A stretch of 63,942 bases of DNA, counting the filler, from Octopus bimaculoides (taxonomy: Eukaryota), in the NCBI RefSeq assembly GCF_001194135.2. It is 5 parts of 5 records of this genome, joined end to end, with 100 filler letters (N's around TTAATTAATTAA, not from the genome) between each part and the next. Parts side by side here need not be neighbours in the genome. Positions count along the whole stretch, not along the records: positions 60,607 to 62,842 come from NC_068991.1; positions 62,943 to 63,942 come from NW_026312141.1; 3 more parts are not named here. The stretch is one strand, 5' to 3'. Under the pieces are notes generated by a model. It worked only from the letters and a program-made list of their open reading frames with translations, did not search any database and had not been told where the DNA came from. Every line of letters begins with the position of its first letter. The stretch's first letter is position 1. Made by a program: the position numbers and the translations under genes. Positions 62,346 through 63,942 of the stretch are shown here, piece after piece.

Positions 62346-63942
62346 AGTAAATAATCTTTTCACATGGAAATTTTGCCTGCAATGTCGTTAAAAACAGAGC
62401 GGTACAGAAAAAAATGTAACTGGTAATTAAATTTGCTAAACTCTTTGTCTTCTCGTTCAGATTATATCTTACTTTTCGCTAGACCCACTCACTGGATTTA
62501 CCTGTGTAACACCTGGATTTTCTACACCAGCAGAATTTCGGTCTTACTTGATACGGCAATTCAAGAGCGTAGATAACCTCGTGTTGGGACTGAAAGCTGC
62601 ATTGAAAATACACCGATTTTCTATCCTTTCCGGATAATTAGATATATGTTTTATCTTTTGCTCTTTATCTTACTTGTTTCAGACATTATACTGCGGCCAT
62701 GCTGGTGCACCACCTCAAATTTTTTATCGTTACAGGGACGTTAATACACCAATACCAGTTGCCAACAGATAGGGGTCAAACACACATATACAGACACTCA
62801 CAAACACGCGCGTGCGCTTTATATATATATATATATATATATNNNNNNNNNNNNNNNNNNNNNNNNNNNNNNNNNNNNNNNNNNNNTTAATTAATTAANN
62901 NNNNNNNNNNNNNNNNNNNNNNNNNNNNNNNNNNNNNNNNNNGTGTGTGTGTGTGTGTGTGTGTGTATATGCATGCATGCATATACATACATATTTCAAT
63001 GAGATCATCTGTCAGTTTCGTATCTGATTTTTATTACATCAGAATTTAGAAATGTTATTATATATTTTTATGTTGTAATCATTAAACCAATTCGATATGG
63101 CATATCTCTAAAAATTATTCAAAGTTGTCGATTTAATGTAGCGTAAATTTAAGAAAAAAAAATTCAACACTTGCGTCACTTTGGAATAATTTGGGTAAAA
63201 ATTCACACAATTACTACTCGTAAATCGTTTTAGAAATTTAGCTGTAATATATTTTAAAATGTTGCAAATGTATGTAAGACTGCCATCACTTATTCTAGCC
63301 ATAGTTTCTGTTTCTATGTTGTAATTTTAAAATATACATGTGTACAATGACAAACACATATAGACTCACCTCTCCGTATATTTATGTATGGTCGGTTTCC
63401 TGCTTCCATATACAAACATAGCCGAGCGGTTATGACGTTCGCTTTATCAGTATAGTGATCCCGGGTTCGGTAGCATCTTGTACAACTGAGTGAGTTAATT
63501 TTTTTTTCTCCCTCGTCTCGAGGTGATCCGAGCTTTTTGACTGAAATAAGGTAAACGTAAAATATAGTTACCTATCGAATGGATCGGTCTCTCCTTGTCA
63601 CATAATGATTTGACTAACTCCTTCTCTTCAAAGTTTATTGGCTTTATACCAAAATTCGATTGTGAAGGTGATTGTTGGTCGGACCGTTTCGAGTGTCAAG
63701 GAAAATACTTCGCTGTATTTATTATAACCCGAATCTTCTTATTTTGAGTTCAGAATCCACCTAGAGCAACTTTGCCTATCATTTTCTCAAGGTCAATAAA
63801 ATAAGGTACCACTCATACTCTGGGGTCAATAGTATCGACTCATTCCCTTCCTTCAAAATTGTTAACCATGTGCCTAAATTTGAAGCAATCATAATTATTT
63901 CGCACATCCAGGTAGACCAAAATCTAAGGAAACTTGCAGAAG

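Overview
Eukaryotic, repeat-dominated, gappy draft-assembly window. The SINE families, dense microsatellites and TTAGGG-like motifs point to an octopus or other cephalopod; this is inference from recalled repeat families, not a database result. There are no prokaryotic genes or CRISPR arrays. Only one host coding exon is well supported: a 133-nt SCYL2-like HEAT-repeat exon at 43954-44086 (+). The rest is intronic or intergenic. It holds three to four tRNA-derived SINE families and LINE fragments (Tx1/L1, CR1-group, RTE, R4/Dong, CRE). It also holds at least three Penelope-like element (PLE) families, mariner and DD41D transposons, and several MITEs with recognisable TIRs and TSDs. The most interesting signals are: (1) a PLE-linked minimal hammerhead ribozyme family whose copies all have U instead of A at core position 6; (2) a separate canonical-core hammerhead at 38491-38549; (3) two GG-terminal, 8-bp-TSD (Merlin-like) MITEs nested about 30 bp apart in two copies of the same host repeat, one carrying inward telomere-like arrays; (4) (AAT)n arrays that abut the ends of two different retrotransposon classes; (5) an uninterrupted CCHC-knuckle ORF1 at the left edge that the ORF track missed. 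Most coordinates of diverged repeats are approximate (+/-20 bp).
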